Assembly (NCBI GenBank): GCA_965240325.2
Contig: OZ251254.1
Span: 620,001 to 684,000 of the forward strand
From: Rebecca billardiae RCC1528
Lineage: Eukaryota > Protista > Haptophyta
Length of the DNA stretch: 64,000 nt
Direction of reading: 5' to 3'
A model generated the notes under the pieces. The model was given only the letters and a program-made list of their open reading frames with translations, ran no database searches and was not told the DNA's origin. A program made the translations under genes and the position numbers. Positions 1 to 12,230 of this stretch are shown here, piece by piece. Each line of letters opens with the position of its first letter. The stretch's first letter is position 1.

Positions 1-1156
1 TTTGCCGGCATCGGCGCCGCGGTCGGGCTCCACGTCAACCACGGCGCGCGCCTGCTCAAGGCGGCGGGCGAGGTGTGGGGCGCGTTCGGCGCGCCCTCGG
101 CGGGGCGGCGGGTTGGCGCGGACTCGTCCTTCGACGCGCAGCTCGCGCTCGCGCTCGACGAGCGCTTCGCGCCCCTCAGCCGCACGCCCGCCGGCGCGTG
201 CTCGCAGCCAGGGCCCTCGCCGCCAGCCTCGGCGCGGCGCGCGCGCAGCTCGCGCCGCTCGCGCCCGTCCGCCGGCGGCGCGGGCTCGCCGCAGCGCTTC
301 TCGGAGGCGGGCGTCGTGCGACTGCTCCGACTGCTGCGCGCTGAGCTGCAGCTCGACCTCGAGGTGCGTGCCGCCGCCGAGCCCTCCCCAGCGCGCGCGC
401 GCGCGCGCGCATCGGCACAAGCGCGCCCGCGCTCGCGCCGCGCCCGGCCTGCCGCTTTCGCACACCTGCACAGCCGCTGCTGCCGCGCGCGCGCTCGCGC
501 TGACGCGTCGTGGCCGGCCCTGCCGCGCGTGCGCGCGCGCACGCGCCCGCCCGCAGGTCTTTGTCCTGGCGTACGTGTTCGTCGAGCGCTCGCTGCCGCA
601 CCACGCGACGTCCGCCGACGCCGCGCCGGGCGCGCTCCCGGCCGCAGGGCCGGGCGGCGGTGCGCTGTCGGTCCTCAGCGGCGCCTCCTGGCGCCCCGTG
701 CTGCTGGGCGCGTTGCTGCTGGCCGCCAAGGTGCGCGCGCGGCGCAGCGTGGTCGCGCGCGCGCGCCAGGGCGTCCGCCTCGTCAGCCACGCCCTCCTTC
801 GCCCGCCCCCGCGCTCGCACGCGCCTCTTGCTGAGCTCACGGCCCCTTCCCCGCACCCACACCCGCGCGCACGCTCCCGCTCCTCCCGCGCCCCCCTCCG
901 CGCTCACCAGGTGTGGTGCGACGAGAGCATCTGGCTGAGGGACGTGCGCGAGAGGCTGAGCGCGCACTTCGAGCTCGGGCACCTCGGGGTGCTCGAGCAG
1001 GCCGTGGCGCAGCGCATCGGCTTCCGCTTTGGCGTGCCCACCAAGGCGTTCTTCACATACCTCTACAGCCTGCGCGACTTTGGGCGGCAGCGGCTGCGCG
1101 CGCGCGGCGAGGAGCCCGTGCGCGCGGTGCGCCGGAGGCGGCGGATGACGGCGTGA
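1..1156 (+). CDS. Cyclin-Y-like cyclin-box protein, 5' partial; exons <1-363, 557-730, 911-1156
   Basis: Splicing at GT364/AG556 and GT731/AG910 joins VVRLLRLLRAELQLDLE-VFVLAYVFVERSL...WRPVLLGALLLAAK-VWCDESIW...LEQAVAQRIGFRFGVPTKAFFTYLYSLR. This is the cyclin Y/PHO80-type LLAxKVWxD signature. Confidence 0.8.
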   Translation, partial: LPASAPRSGSTSTTARACSRRRARCGARSARPRRGGGLARTRPSTRSSRSRSTSASRPSAARPPARARSQGPRRQPRRGARAARAARARPPAARARRSASRRRASCDCSDCCALSCSSTSRCVPPPSPPQRARARAHRHKRARARAAPGLPLSHTCTAAAAARALALTRRGRPCRACARARARPQVFVLAYVFVERSLPHHATSADAAPGALPAAGPGGGALSVLSGASWRPVLLGALLLAAKVRARRSVVARARQGVRLVSHALLRPPPRSHAPLAELTAPSPHPHPRARSRSSRAPLRAHQVWCDESIWLRDVRERLSAHFELGHLGVLEQAVAQRIGFRFGVPTKAFFTYLYSLRDFGRQRLRARGEEPVRAVRRRRRMTA

Positions 1157-1626
1157 GCGGTGCTGAGCAGGAGCCGGGAGTGGGGCGTGCGGTGCCTGCA
1201 CTGCTGGCTCAGCAGAGCCCGGGCGCGGCGGTAGTGCCGCGCCGCCGAGTGTGCCCGGCGCCGATGCCGGGCCGTCTGGCGCGCGGCCCGCCCGCCCCCG
1301 GGGCCCAGGCGTGAGCCGGCGTTGCGACGCGTGAGCGGCCCGCACGGCGCACTGTCCCGGACCGTCGAGGCAGGCCACGGAGTTACATACTCTTATTAAA
1401 GAGCTCTCTCTCTCTCTCTCATAGCAGTAGTACGAGACTGATCGCCAGTTTCCGCGCCGCTGAGTCGGCCGCCATGTAATAAATTAATAACAAGTTAAAG
1501 TATATCCGGAATCCGATTTAGAGACCGCAGAATCTGCTATATATCATCAATCATCTGTTACTGTAATTACTCCGCGCCGTCATTAAATCTGATGTCGTCG
1601 TCGTAGACGTAGTAGTCAGCATATAT

Positions 1627-1631
<5 letters not shown>

Positions 1632-1678
<47 letters not shown>
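1632..1678. repeat. (TA)n microsatellite
   Basis: Direct reading of the sequence. Confidence 0.95.
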
Positions 1679-1682
<4 letters not shown>

Positions 1683-2449
1683 AGACCGACTACAGCACTA
1701 GAGTACATGCTGCATCAGTCAGGCAATCGCGGGCAATAAGAGGTCAGAGATCTCACGGCTAGTCGTCTGCTCGGTTTCTTAAGCCGTTTCTTACGGCTGC
1801 CAGGTCCGCCCGCAGCGACAGGCGCGGGGGGCGCATCAGGGGGGCTGAGCCCCCCGCTGAGTCTTTGACTTTAGGCCCGGCCGGCGAGGCCGAAGAAAAC
1901 ATATTTGGGCCGGCCGTTTTGATGGAGCAAATCTGGCATGATGTTGCATGAATGCTGCGCGCACTGGCCAGGAGTAAGTCATCAGGACGAGAAGTCGGGA
2001 ATCCTTGGCCTGTACTCGTAGTCGGGCCGCGCGCCGCCGGTCCCACGGGCACTGCGCCTCGGCGGACCACTCGTCAGCCGCGACGACATAGTCGTCCCGG
2101 TTTCTTAGTGTGACTATGCGTATAGCGAACCAGCCAATCGCTAGTCTCAGTTTCGAGGCCAGATCCGCAGAGATAGCAAGCCCCAGTTTCCTAACGTGTT
2201 ACGTGACAGCTCCTTAATCCATATATATTTATGGATTAAGTCGGTACCGGGTCGTGCGGCGCCGCCCGCCGGACCGGTCTGAATAACTATACTACTCAGC
2301 GCGGCCCGCCGCCCCGGTGGCGGCGGCGCCCCCGGCGGCGGCCCACCGGGCCCGACGGCACTCTACAGTGCTACACTGCCGCCACTGTCACACTGTGACT
2401 GGCGGCATTGCCAGTCTGTAGTCTGCCACTGACTGCCATATGCGCAATA

Positions 2450-4079
2450 ATGCCACTGCCGGGCCCCACCGGCCACGACTCCCAGCCCGCCGCCCGCCCC
2501 CCCCCCGGCGCCTTCCCCTCCGCCCCCGGCGCAGCCCGATCCCCGGCCGCTGCCCGCGCCGCCGCCACTGCAGCCGCCGCCCAGCTCGCCGCCCGCCGGC
2601 TGCGTCGGCACCGAGTGCGACGTCGCCGGCCACCGCTCGTGCCCGGACAACGTGGAGCCGTTGTGCGGCCACGCCTTCTGACGGCTACTTCCGCGCGGCT
2701 ACACCGGCCGGGTACGTCGACCTGGACTTGGACGGGCGGTACGGCGCGTCCTCAGAGCCGTCCACCGTCACTGACAGCGCCTCGGGGTACTACGGCTTCT
2801 CCGAGTCGACGCTGGCGGGTCTCTCTCGGTCGCGGCGCGGCGGGCCTTGGTCGTCAAGCTGAACCCGAGGCTGGGTGGCTGCGTGCGGGCATCACGACAG
2901 GCCTCCAGCCGATCGTGGCCTTCGAGACGCGCGGCGTGGCCACGGTGCTCACGCCGCTGACCACGCTGCTCGCCAACGCGCCGCCCAGCCCGACCGCCGA
3001 GCGCGACCTCCTCGTCTCCCTCGGGCTGGGCGAGCTGGTCGGCGCCGGATCAATCTACCAGTACGACCCGTTCCTCGCGCTGTCTCATTCGGACGGCGTG
3101 GGCGTGACGGCGCAGCAGCGCGAGCTGTCGATCAAGACGGTGAGCACGCTGACGCAGACGACGGCGGTGGTGATGCAGGTGCTCGAGATCAGCCGCGCGG
3201 TCGAGGGCAGCGGCGCGTCCTCCACCGAGGAGGAGGTGGACGCCACGGCGCAGACCGTGATGCGGCGCCCTCGCCACCGTGCTCACTGAGAAGGGCAAGA
3301 CGATGCCTGACCCGCCGCCCGTGGCGGGCGCGCACAACAGCAGCAGCGTCGCGAACGTCACGAGCAGCGCGCCCGCGCCCGCCCTCACTCCTCTCGGTGC
3401 GCACCGTCGCCTGCCCCGCGCGCGGGCTGCGCGGGCTGCACGCGCCGCTTCCCGCGCACGCGCGACGCATGGCGCAAGCCGCGCGGCCGCGCACCAGCGC
3501 CCTCGCCTGCGCCCACGCGCTCACTCGACTCGGCCCCTGCCCTGCCTGCCACAGCCGCGCAGGAGCTGGCGAACCGCACGGCCGCCGCGATTGCCGTGAT
3601 GAAGGCCGCGCTCGACGGCGTCGCCGCCGCAGGCCCGCAGCCGACGCGGTGAGCAGCCGCGCCGCGCCACGCGCCACGCGCCGCAACCGCAAGCGCCGGC
3701 CGCGTGAGCCGAGTGGCGCCGCGGCGCCAGCGCGCGCGTTTGCTGCGGGTTGCTCACTGCTGCACAACTCGGGCCCTGCACGCGCACCGACGGCGCCCGC
3801 GCGTGTTGGCGGCGACACGCGATCTCGAGCACAGCCGGCTCGGCCGATATCGCCGCCGCCCTCGGCGAGGTCGCGCGCCTGACGCAGGAGCTCGCCACCG
3901 AGCTGGTCGCGGGCGTGGCTGACGGCACCGCGAACGCGGACACGTCGGAGGCTGAGATTGCCGGCGCGCAGCAGGGCAGCCTGGACTCGATCGTTTCAAG
4001 CCCGCCGCCGTCGGCGCCGATCGAAGAGCCAAACGAGGCGGCGACAGCGTCCACCTCGGGCGCGTGGTCCCAGAGATGA
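2450..4079 (+). pseudogene. Frameshifted gene for a surface/secreted protein with a bacterial-type DGY..DxDxDG..EPSTVTD..TPLTTL..YDP module
   Basis: Motifs DGYFRAA..YVDLDLDGRYGASSEPSTVTD and TTGLQPIV..TVLTPLTTLL..LGL..IYQYDPF lie in different frames. Frame breaks occur near 2650, 2830-2890 and 3264. Probable introns at about 3397-3562 and 3649-3834. Confidence 0.5.
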
Positions 4080-4914
4080 CGTGCGACGTCCGCGGTACGC
4101 CTCGGCTTTTGTCAGAGCAACTCCTCGTAGAGTTCGGTGGCATACTCTGACAGTACACTACGGCCGCATATACCGTAGCAGCGATTCGCATCACTGATGC
4201 ATGGCATGCGGAGTACCCGAATGGGCGGTCTGAGTGTGACAGTGGCATCATTGACTTTGACTGACGGCGGCAGCGCAGGCTCACAATGCTCGGAGTATGG
4301 CCGTGCACGCGGACATACAGTGAGTCCGATCTAGCCATGGAATCAGCATATACACACACTCGCCGTTATCGTCACTTCTTGCCGACGTGCCCGTGGCGGC
4401 ACCGTGTACTCGCGGGCACTGGACCGACGCGCGACTGCGCCCGCCGTCCGAGGGGCGCACACCCTTAGGGTCATCCGGCGCGGCATTGCCATCACCATGT
4501 CGCGACAGTGACGTGCAATCAGCAATGTCTGCCCTTGCACACAACGATGCTGCATCTGGGACAGCGTGAACCTCGTGGACGACGTCCTCCGCGGGACGCC
4601 GTCGTCCAGCTCGGTTGCAGCTGGCGGCCGTGAACGGCGCGGTTTTTTCGCGCGCGATTTTCGGATGTTGAGTTATTTGAGGACCGACCAATAATGGATG
4701 CATCATCGCTTGCATTATGGGGGTACTCGTCCTATGAATGCTTGATGGAACCCCCCGCTGCCAGTTGTTGATAAAGTAGCCTCATATGTAAGTAAATACT
4801 CGCACGGCGTATTCGACCGGCCATAAATAGAAGGAATCTTCAGTGGGTCGCTCATGTTGTAGCCGACGACGTTACACGCCGCACCTTGCTTGACGCATCG
4901 CACGGTGGGCACGA

Positions 4915-6777
4915 ATGGCTGCCGAAGGCCGCGAGGCCGTGGCGGCCCACGCGCACGAGCTCGAGCTCACCCGGCCCGAGGCTTCCACAGACAGCGTTCC
5001 CGCCGCGCCGGCAGAGCCGATTGACGCCCATCTTGCGAGCACGGGCGAACGCTTCGACGCCGCGGCCACAGCGTCCTCCTTTGGCGCCGCCGACGGCGCC
5101 GCCGCCTCGGCCGGCTCATTAACGCCATCGGCCGCCACCGGCGCGGCGCGGGCGGAGGGTGGGGACGACGGGCATGGCGGTGGTACTGCAGTGCCGCAGC
5201 TGGCTCCACAAAGAGTGCCGATCGCACACGCGCCGGCCCGCGCGCGCCCGGCCACCGCGCCCGCCTCGCGGCTCGGACGCGCGGCCGAGCGGAATGCGAA
5301 TCTTCCGGGCATGCACGCGACACGCTCGACGCTCGGCCGGCAGCTGCAGTCGAAGCGGCAGACGGCGCCAGCGTACTCATTCGGCAGCGGAGGTGGGCGC
5401 TTCGGTGACCCCGCCGGCTCGCCCATCGCCGGCCCCGCGCGGCTGCCGAGAGGCGCGAAGCTGACGGACATGCCGCGGCCGTCGTCAGCTCGGATCCCGA
5501 GCGCGGCCTCGCCCGGCCCCGCGTACAACCCCCGCCTCCTGAGCGGCTACATCGGCGACGCGCCAAAGATCACGATGGCGAAGCGGCTGCCGTTCGACGC
5601 GACGTTCGGCGGCGGCGGCCGCTCGAGCGAGCGCTCGCCCGGCCCGGCCGCGTACAACACGCGCACGCGGCCGGGCTCTGCACACCCGGGCACTCGTTTT
5701 GGCACCGAGGCGGCGCGCGCCCATCGCGGGCCGCCGCAGGCTGGTCAGGTCGACCTGTTGTACTCGCTGCCGCCGACGATGGGGAGCGGGGCGCCGGCGC
5801 GGGGCACGCCCATGCGCGCCGAGCGCTCCGTTGCCTTTGCGCGCAGCACCGAGCGCCGCTTCGACACGCCCTCGCCGCTCGACGCCGGACGCAACTTCCC
5901 CGGTACGGCCGAGAGCAGCACGACCCTCGCGGGCGGCGCATGCGCGCTGCGCGGCGCGCGCGTGCGCGGCGCGGCGCGTTGCCGGGAGGGCGGGTGTGTT
6001 GGGTGGAGGGCGGCGAGAGAGCTGGCGGGCCCGGCGAGGCGCCCGTGCGTGGCGCCACGCACGCATGCCGGCGCACCTCCCGCCGCCGCGCGCGCCCGCA
6101 CCCACTCACGCCGCGAGCGCCCGCGCCCGCGCCCGCGCGCCCGCCCGCGCGCCGCGCCGCCCGCGCGCCCGGCCCTCCGGTCGCAGGCCCCTCCGCCTAT
6201 CAGACTGTGTACTCGTACTCGTCGGTGGCGATCGGCGGGCCGTACCGCCCGCGCTCGGCGCACGTGCGCGGGAAGGCGGCGGCGACGCGCGGCTTCGGCA
6301 CCGACGCGACCGGCCGCTCGGAGGCGCTGCGCACGGCCGGGCCTGGCCCTGGCCAGTATTCCGTTCCAGACGCGGCCCTGGGCTCGCATCAGGTGCGCTG
6401 CTGCGCGCCCGCTGCCCGTCGTAGCGAGAGCATACGCGGGCGCGCGGACGAGCGTGCTGTGGCCGCGCGCGGCGGAGTGAGCAGCGGGCGGGGCGGTGCA
6501 CGCGCGAGGGAGCGCCACCCGCGTGCGTGCGCGTCTGTCTCACGCCGTCGCCCCGTGTCCTGGCCTTCGCTCCGCCCGGCTGCCGCGGCGCCATCCGCCG
6601 GCTCGGCGCATCGGCGCGCGCGTCACCAACGCTGCCCGTGTGCGCGTCCGGCGCGAGCAGGAGAGCAGGCTGGGCACGGCGCCGCGCTACTCGCTGGCCT
6701 CGCGCACATCGCCGGGGCCACGCGTCGTCGAGCCGCCCGGTGCGCTGGGCCCCGGGCCGGGCGCCTATGTCGTGTGA
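4915..6777 (+). CDS. SHIPPO/PGP-repeat (ODF3-like) axonemal protein; exons 4915-5902, 6187-6392, 6661-6777
   Basis: Repeated PGPAY, PGPAAY, PGPSAY, PGPGQY and PGPGAY motifs with AP(A/K/R)Y(S/T)F-type spacers. Canonical in-frame splice sites. Confidence 0.8.
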
Positions 6778-7451
6778 CGCTGTCCGCGGCCAATGCCTGG
6801 CCACCATCACGGCTCCCTTGAGAGTGCGAATGCCACTTTCCGATTTTCGTCGGTCGGTTCGGGTGGTTTATTTAGTCGGGAAGCTAGGGCCTCCGAGGCG
6901 CGTTTTATGACGTTTTTAGGGTTTTAGCCTTTTATAGGCGACCTCGCGCGGTACTTTTTGTCGTCACCCACGTACTTCCGCCCTCCGCTGCCTGCCACGG
7001 CGCACCGCAACGGACCCGAGTCGGAGGAATCAAAGGCCGTTCGGAAATCGAGCGGCGAAGCGAAATCAATTCTTGGGTGATTTCTTGAGGTAGTTTTTGA
7101 TGCGAACCCTGCATTTGGCTCGACTAACAAAAGCGCGCGAGCTCGCGTGATCTGGACGCTGGTCGCAAAGCAGCGGCGTGGAAGGCCTCGGTTACTTGGC
7201 TACCAGGCCGCCCGGGGGAGGGCACTCCGGTCGAGCGCTGATTGGCCCAAACTGATGGCCAGTACCTTCCCTTATGAATTCAGATTCAAAACGGAGATTG
7301 GAGCAGTGGCGTCATATCATAGGGCTCGACACTCCTGGCCAATCACCACGCTTCGCCGCTCTCTCGAAGCCTCTACGAATTCCGGAACTCGTCGCCTAGC
7401 ACAAGAGTCCGAGCAGGCCTGGCCGCCTAGCCAACAAAAGGAGGAAAGCCC

Positions 7452-9008
7452 ATGTCGACACCCGGGGTCAACCCCGCCGCCTCCAATCCCCCGCCGGGCG
7501 GCGGCGGGATCGGGGGCGGAGGCTTGAAGCGGAAGCAGGGACCGCGCTGGCGGCTTTCGCCCGCTGCGCTGCGCGTCCTGGAGGCCGCTTTCCAGCGAAA
7601 CAATTTCCCGACTGTCGCCGACAAGGACCGTCTTGCGCAGGACCTCAAAGCCAGGTGCGTGCCCAATCGGGGGCTCTCGGCACGCGATGGGGCGGGCTGG
7701 CGCGGTGCGCGGCGTGCGGGCCGTGGGTGTGGGGGCACGTGGCACGCAGCGGGCCCCGCCGGCGGCCTGGCTCGACGCTGTGCACGCTCATACGTGCGTG
7801 CGCGCCGCGCGTCGCGCGGCGATCCCACCGGCGCCCCCTGCGCGCAGCCGAAGGCAGGTGCAGGTCTGGTTCCAGAACCGACGACAGCGGCAAAAAGCGA
7901 AAAGCGACATGGCGGAGGGTGATACCTCCGACCATGACGACGACGACGCGCCCGACGCGGCTGCGGAGACAGCCATGGGCCAGCAGCACGCAGCGGGCGC
8001 CGCGCACGGCTCCGCTGACGATGCGCACGCGGCCGGCGCCGGCGCCGTGGGCGGCGGCGGCGGCGGCGCGAGCGGCGGGGCGGGTGCGGACAAGCCCGCC
8101 GCCAGCGCGCACGCGCGAGTGGACGGCGGCGCGGCCCCGTCCTCGCACACGCGCTCGACCGCCAGGTCTGGCCGCGCCGCCGAGTCGACGCTCTCGCGGC
8201 CCATCGGGGGCACGGCGTACATGCGCTCGACGTCCAAGGCGGCGCCGCCGCGCATCCTGCCGTGGCCGCCGCCGAGCGCGGGCGCGGGAGGGGTGGGCGG
8301 CGGCTGCGCGCCGCCGAGCATGGGCGGCGCGCCGTCCGGCCCGGCTGGCGGCGTGCCGCCGCTCGGCTGCGGCGCGCGCGCCGGCACGGCGGCGAGCGGC
8401 GCCGGCGTGGGCGCGGCCGGCGCCGGCGGCAGCGGCGCGTCGGGCGGTGCGCTGCAGGGCAGCGCGGGCGGTGCCGCGTGCGCCGGGGCGGCGGGCGCGT
8501 GCCCCGCGCCGCCGACCGGCGGGGGCTGGGGCGCGCTCATGCAGAGCGCAGGCGCCATGGGCGCTGGCGGCAGCAATGCGAGCGCTCGCGCGCTGGCGGA
8601 TGCCATGGCCGGCGTGAGCGTGGGCGGCGGAAGGATGGGCGGTCTCTCCTCGCCGCGGCTTGGCGCGCAGCAGCTGCCAACGTCCAGCGCGCCGACGCCA
8701 CAGCCGCAGCCGACGGCCGGCGCCGACGCGGGCGGCGCGGGCGGCGCGCCCGCCCGCACTGGCCCGTGGGGCCACCCGCTCCTGTCCAGCTTGAACCTGC
8801 GCCATCCCGCGCTCGCAGCGGCGGCGATGCAGGCCGGGCCGAACGGGATGAGCCAGCTCTACTCGCTCGCGCAGCTCGCGCAGCTCGGCGCAGGCGCGGG
8901 TGCTGCCAGTGGGGGCAGCAGCGGCGCGGAGCGGCCGCAGCAGCCGCAGCAGCCGCCGCCGCAGCGGCAGCCGCAGCAGCCACTGCCGTTGCAGCAGCAG
9001 CAGCAGGC

Positions 9009-9093
<85 letters not shown>

Positions 9094-9213
9094 CAGGGGC
9101 CGTCGCAGCAGCAGCAGCTGACAGCGATCGCCCTGGCACTGCAGGCGCAGGCCATGGCGATGATGCAGCAGCAGCAGCAACAGCAGCAGCTGCAGCAGCA
9201 GCAGCAGCAGAGC

Positions 9214-9250
<37 letters not shown>

Positions 9251-12230
9251 GGGAGGAGGAGGAGCAGGCCGCGGCGGGTGCGCGCATGCAGCGCTCCGCC
9301 AGCGGGCTGCTCGGCCAGCAGCTGATGGCGGCCGCACGGCTCAGCGGCTCGGCGGCGGGTTCGGGCGGCGCGGCGCCGAGCGCCAACGAGCATTCGAGCG
9401 GCGGGCTGGGCGCGGACAGCGCACCTCACGCCCTCCCCGGCTCGTGGGCGCGGCAGTGGGCCAGCTCGTTCGGCCCGTGGATGCTGCCGCAGCTCATGAG
9501 CGGCGCGGGCAGCGGCGGCGGCGTGCGCGATGCGCAGGCTGAGGACGGCGGCGGCGGCGGCGGCGGCGGCGGCTCGGCGCCGTGGGCGCTGGCGCAGGCC
9601 GCCGCGCAGCGCGCGCGCGGCGACGCGCCAAACGACGGCGGCGACGCGCGCGCCACGGCGCTCCGCGCCGCGTGCTGGCCGCACGAGCCGTCGACGCTCG
9701 CCGAGGCCGCCAACGTGGCAGCGGCCGCCGCGGCCGCCGAGCCTTATTCGGGGAGGCAGCCTCAGCGCCCGCGGGGCGCGCCGCCGCAGCAGCAGGCGGT
9801 GGCGGAGGAGGAGGGCGCGCACGGGGAGGAGCGGCCGCCGCCGCGCGCGGCGGCGCTGCCGCGCTTCGCGCCGCAGCCGCCCGCGCAGCCCTGGGCGCAG
9901 CACGCCAAGCCCGCGTCGCAGCCGCCGCTGCACGTGCCCTTCACGCCCGCGGCCGCGTGGGGCGCGCAGGACGTGGACGCGGCGCTCAGCGCGCTCGGCA
10001 GCTGCGCGGGGTGGGCGGAGGGCGGCGCGGCGGGCCCGGGCGCGTGGGCGGAGGGCGGCGCGCCGGCGGCGGACTCGCCGCTCGAGGCGGAGATACGCCG
10101 AGCCGCCTCCTCCGAGCCGGCCTCCGAGAACGAGGGTGCGCAGCAGTCGCGCGCGCCGCGCGCCGCGCGCCGCGTCGCCGCGCGCCGCGTCGCCGCGCGC
10201 AGCGCACTTCGGCGCGCCGCTGCAGCCGCTGAGCCGTGCGCGCGCGCGCCCACCGCCGTGGCCCTTCGTGTGTGCGCGCGCGCGCCGCGCAGACTGGTCG
10301 CTCGAGAACCTCTTCAGCCTCTTCCAGGGCGTGCTCTCCGAGCCGACCAACTCGCCGGAGCACGCGGCCGCGGCCGCGGCCGCGCCGCCGCGACAGCCGA
10401 CGCCGCCGCAGCCGGCCACGCCGCCGCCCGAGCTACCGCCGCCGCCCGAGCAGGCGGCGGGCATGGGCGAGGAGACGGAGGCGGAGGCGGCGGCGGATGC
10501 GGACGACGACGCGGACACCGCCGCCGCCGACGCCGCGCCCGACGCCTTCGCCGACGAGCAGGCGTGGGCCGACGAGAACGACGCCACTGCGGAGCGTGCG
10601 TGGGTTGATGGGCAGGCGCCGTCATCGCCGGGTGATCCGGACTCTCTCGAGATCGACTCGAGATCGGCGGGCGCGGTGGGCCGTGGCGAGGGCGGCGGCA
10701 CGCGCACGCGGCCGTCGAGCGGCGAGGGCGGCGGCAGCGGCGAGCGCAGCGCGGACCTCAGCACCTTCCCAGACTGCGCCTCGGAAGAGGCGAGGCGTGC
10801 GGCCGCGCGCGCCGCGGCCGGTAAGGGCGGCGCGCACGCGCCGGCGGCGGACCGAGCCGGCGGCGGCGGCTCGGACGACGAGCCGCCGTGGGAGGGGCCG
10901 CAGCTCACCGCCGCCGCGGTCGCGGCGGCGGCGGACGCGGCGCCGCGCGACGCGCCGTACTGGGCCGCGCGCTGGGCGCACAAGCCGCTGCGCTCGCCGC
11001 TGCCGTCGCCGCCCAAGCCGGCTGGCGCCGCCGCGCAGCAGCAGATGTCAGCCGCCGAGCCCGCGTCTGGCCCCGCTGGCGAGAGTGCCGCCGCGCCCGG
11101 CGCGCACGCCGCCGAGCAGGCGCGCACGCCGCCCAGCGCGGGCTCGCCCGGGCGCGCACGCGCGGACGCCCCGCGCGCGGACGCCGCGCTGCCGCCGCGC
11201 TCGCACAGCCCCAGGCCGCAGGTCGCTCCGGACGGCTGGAGCGGAGTCGCCGCCGATGTTCTGATGGACGAGCCGTCGCCCGCGGCGGAGGCGGAGGCGG
11301 AGGCGGAGGTGGCGCCCGCGCGGCCGCCGACGCCGCCCGCGCGCGGCGCGGCGGCGCGAGCCGCCGCGCCCGCCGCCGCGCCGCCGAGCCCGCCGCCCGC
11401 GCCGCCCGCCGCCGCGCCGCCCCGCGCCGCCGCCGCCGCCGAGCCTTCTGCGCGCGGCCTCGTGGGCGTTGAGCAGCGCGTCCTCGTCTCGGCGAGGCAG
11501 CACGCGCACTCGCCGGAGCAGATGGAGGCGGCGGCGGCCCTGTCCGAGGGCGCGCGCGCCGCGGCGGCCGCGGTGGGGCTGGGCGGGCCCGCGATGGCCG
11601 CGGGCCCGTTCGGCACGACGACCAGCCTGGCGGCGTACACGCTTGCGGCGCACGCGCCTGCTGCGCTCGGCGCGCCCGCCACCGCCGACCGCTCCCGAGC
11701 GAACGAGTTCTCGACCGACGTCTCGGGCGCGGTCTCGCACTCGGCGTCGCGCTCGGCGTGGCGCGAGCACGCGCAGCCCAGCCGCTCTGCCAGGCAGCGC
11801 GGCTCCTTCGGCGGGTACGCGTCGGCACCGTCACACTCGCGCGCCGCCGCTGGCGACAACACGCTCGACTCGGAGGAGCGGGGCGACGTGGAGAGGGGCG
11901 ACGGCGCGCCGGCACAGAGGGCGGCGAAGAAGCGCCCGCGCACGCCGTCGCCGCCCGTGGCCGACGCCGAGCCCGCCGGCACCGCGCTGGCCGCGCACGC
12001 GGCCGCGCAGCCGCCCGCCGCCAAACGATCCGCCCGCGCTCTGCGGCAAACCGAGGTGCGCGCGCGCGCGCCGCGTCGCCCGCCTCGCGCGCCGCGCGCG
12101 CGCGCACGCGCCCGCGCGCCCGCGCGCGCGCACGCGCGCGCACGGCGCTGAGCCTCTCCGCCCCGCGCGCGTGCCGCCGTTGGTGCTGCGCCGCCCGCGC
12201 TGCTGCTCCGCGCAGGACGTTGCGCAGTAG
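7452..12230 (+). CDS. Homeodomain transcription factor with long low-complexity/polyQ tail; exons 7452-7654, 7848-10135, 10293-12055, 12216-12230
   Basis: Spliced homeodomain KRKQGPRWRLSPAALRVLEAAFQRNNFPTVADKDRLAQDLKAS-RRQVQVWFQNRRQRQK. The downstream exons are less certain. Confidence 0.85.
8937..9249 (+). repeat. Coding (CAG)n trinucleotide tracts (polyQ)
   Basis: Several CAG runs with occasional CAA interruptions. Confidence 0.95.

Noticed and set aside
364-910. Introns as an introner family
   Set aside because: Introns share GTGCG/CGCAG ends and GC-repeat composition but show no extended homology, TIRs or TSDs that I could see.
7645-12024. 1459-aa minus-strand ORF, poly-Cys/poly-Leu ORFs and similar long Arg/Ala/Pro-rich ORFs throughout the window
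   Set aside because: Shadow frames caused by extreme GC content and CAG repeats opposite real genes.
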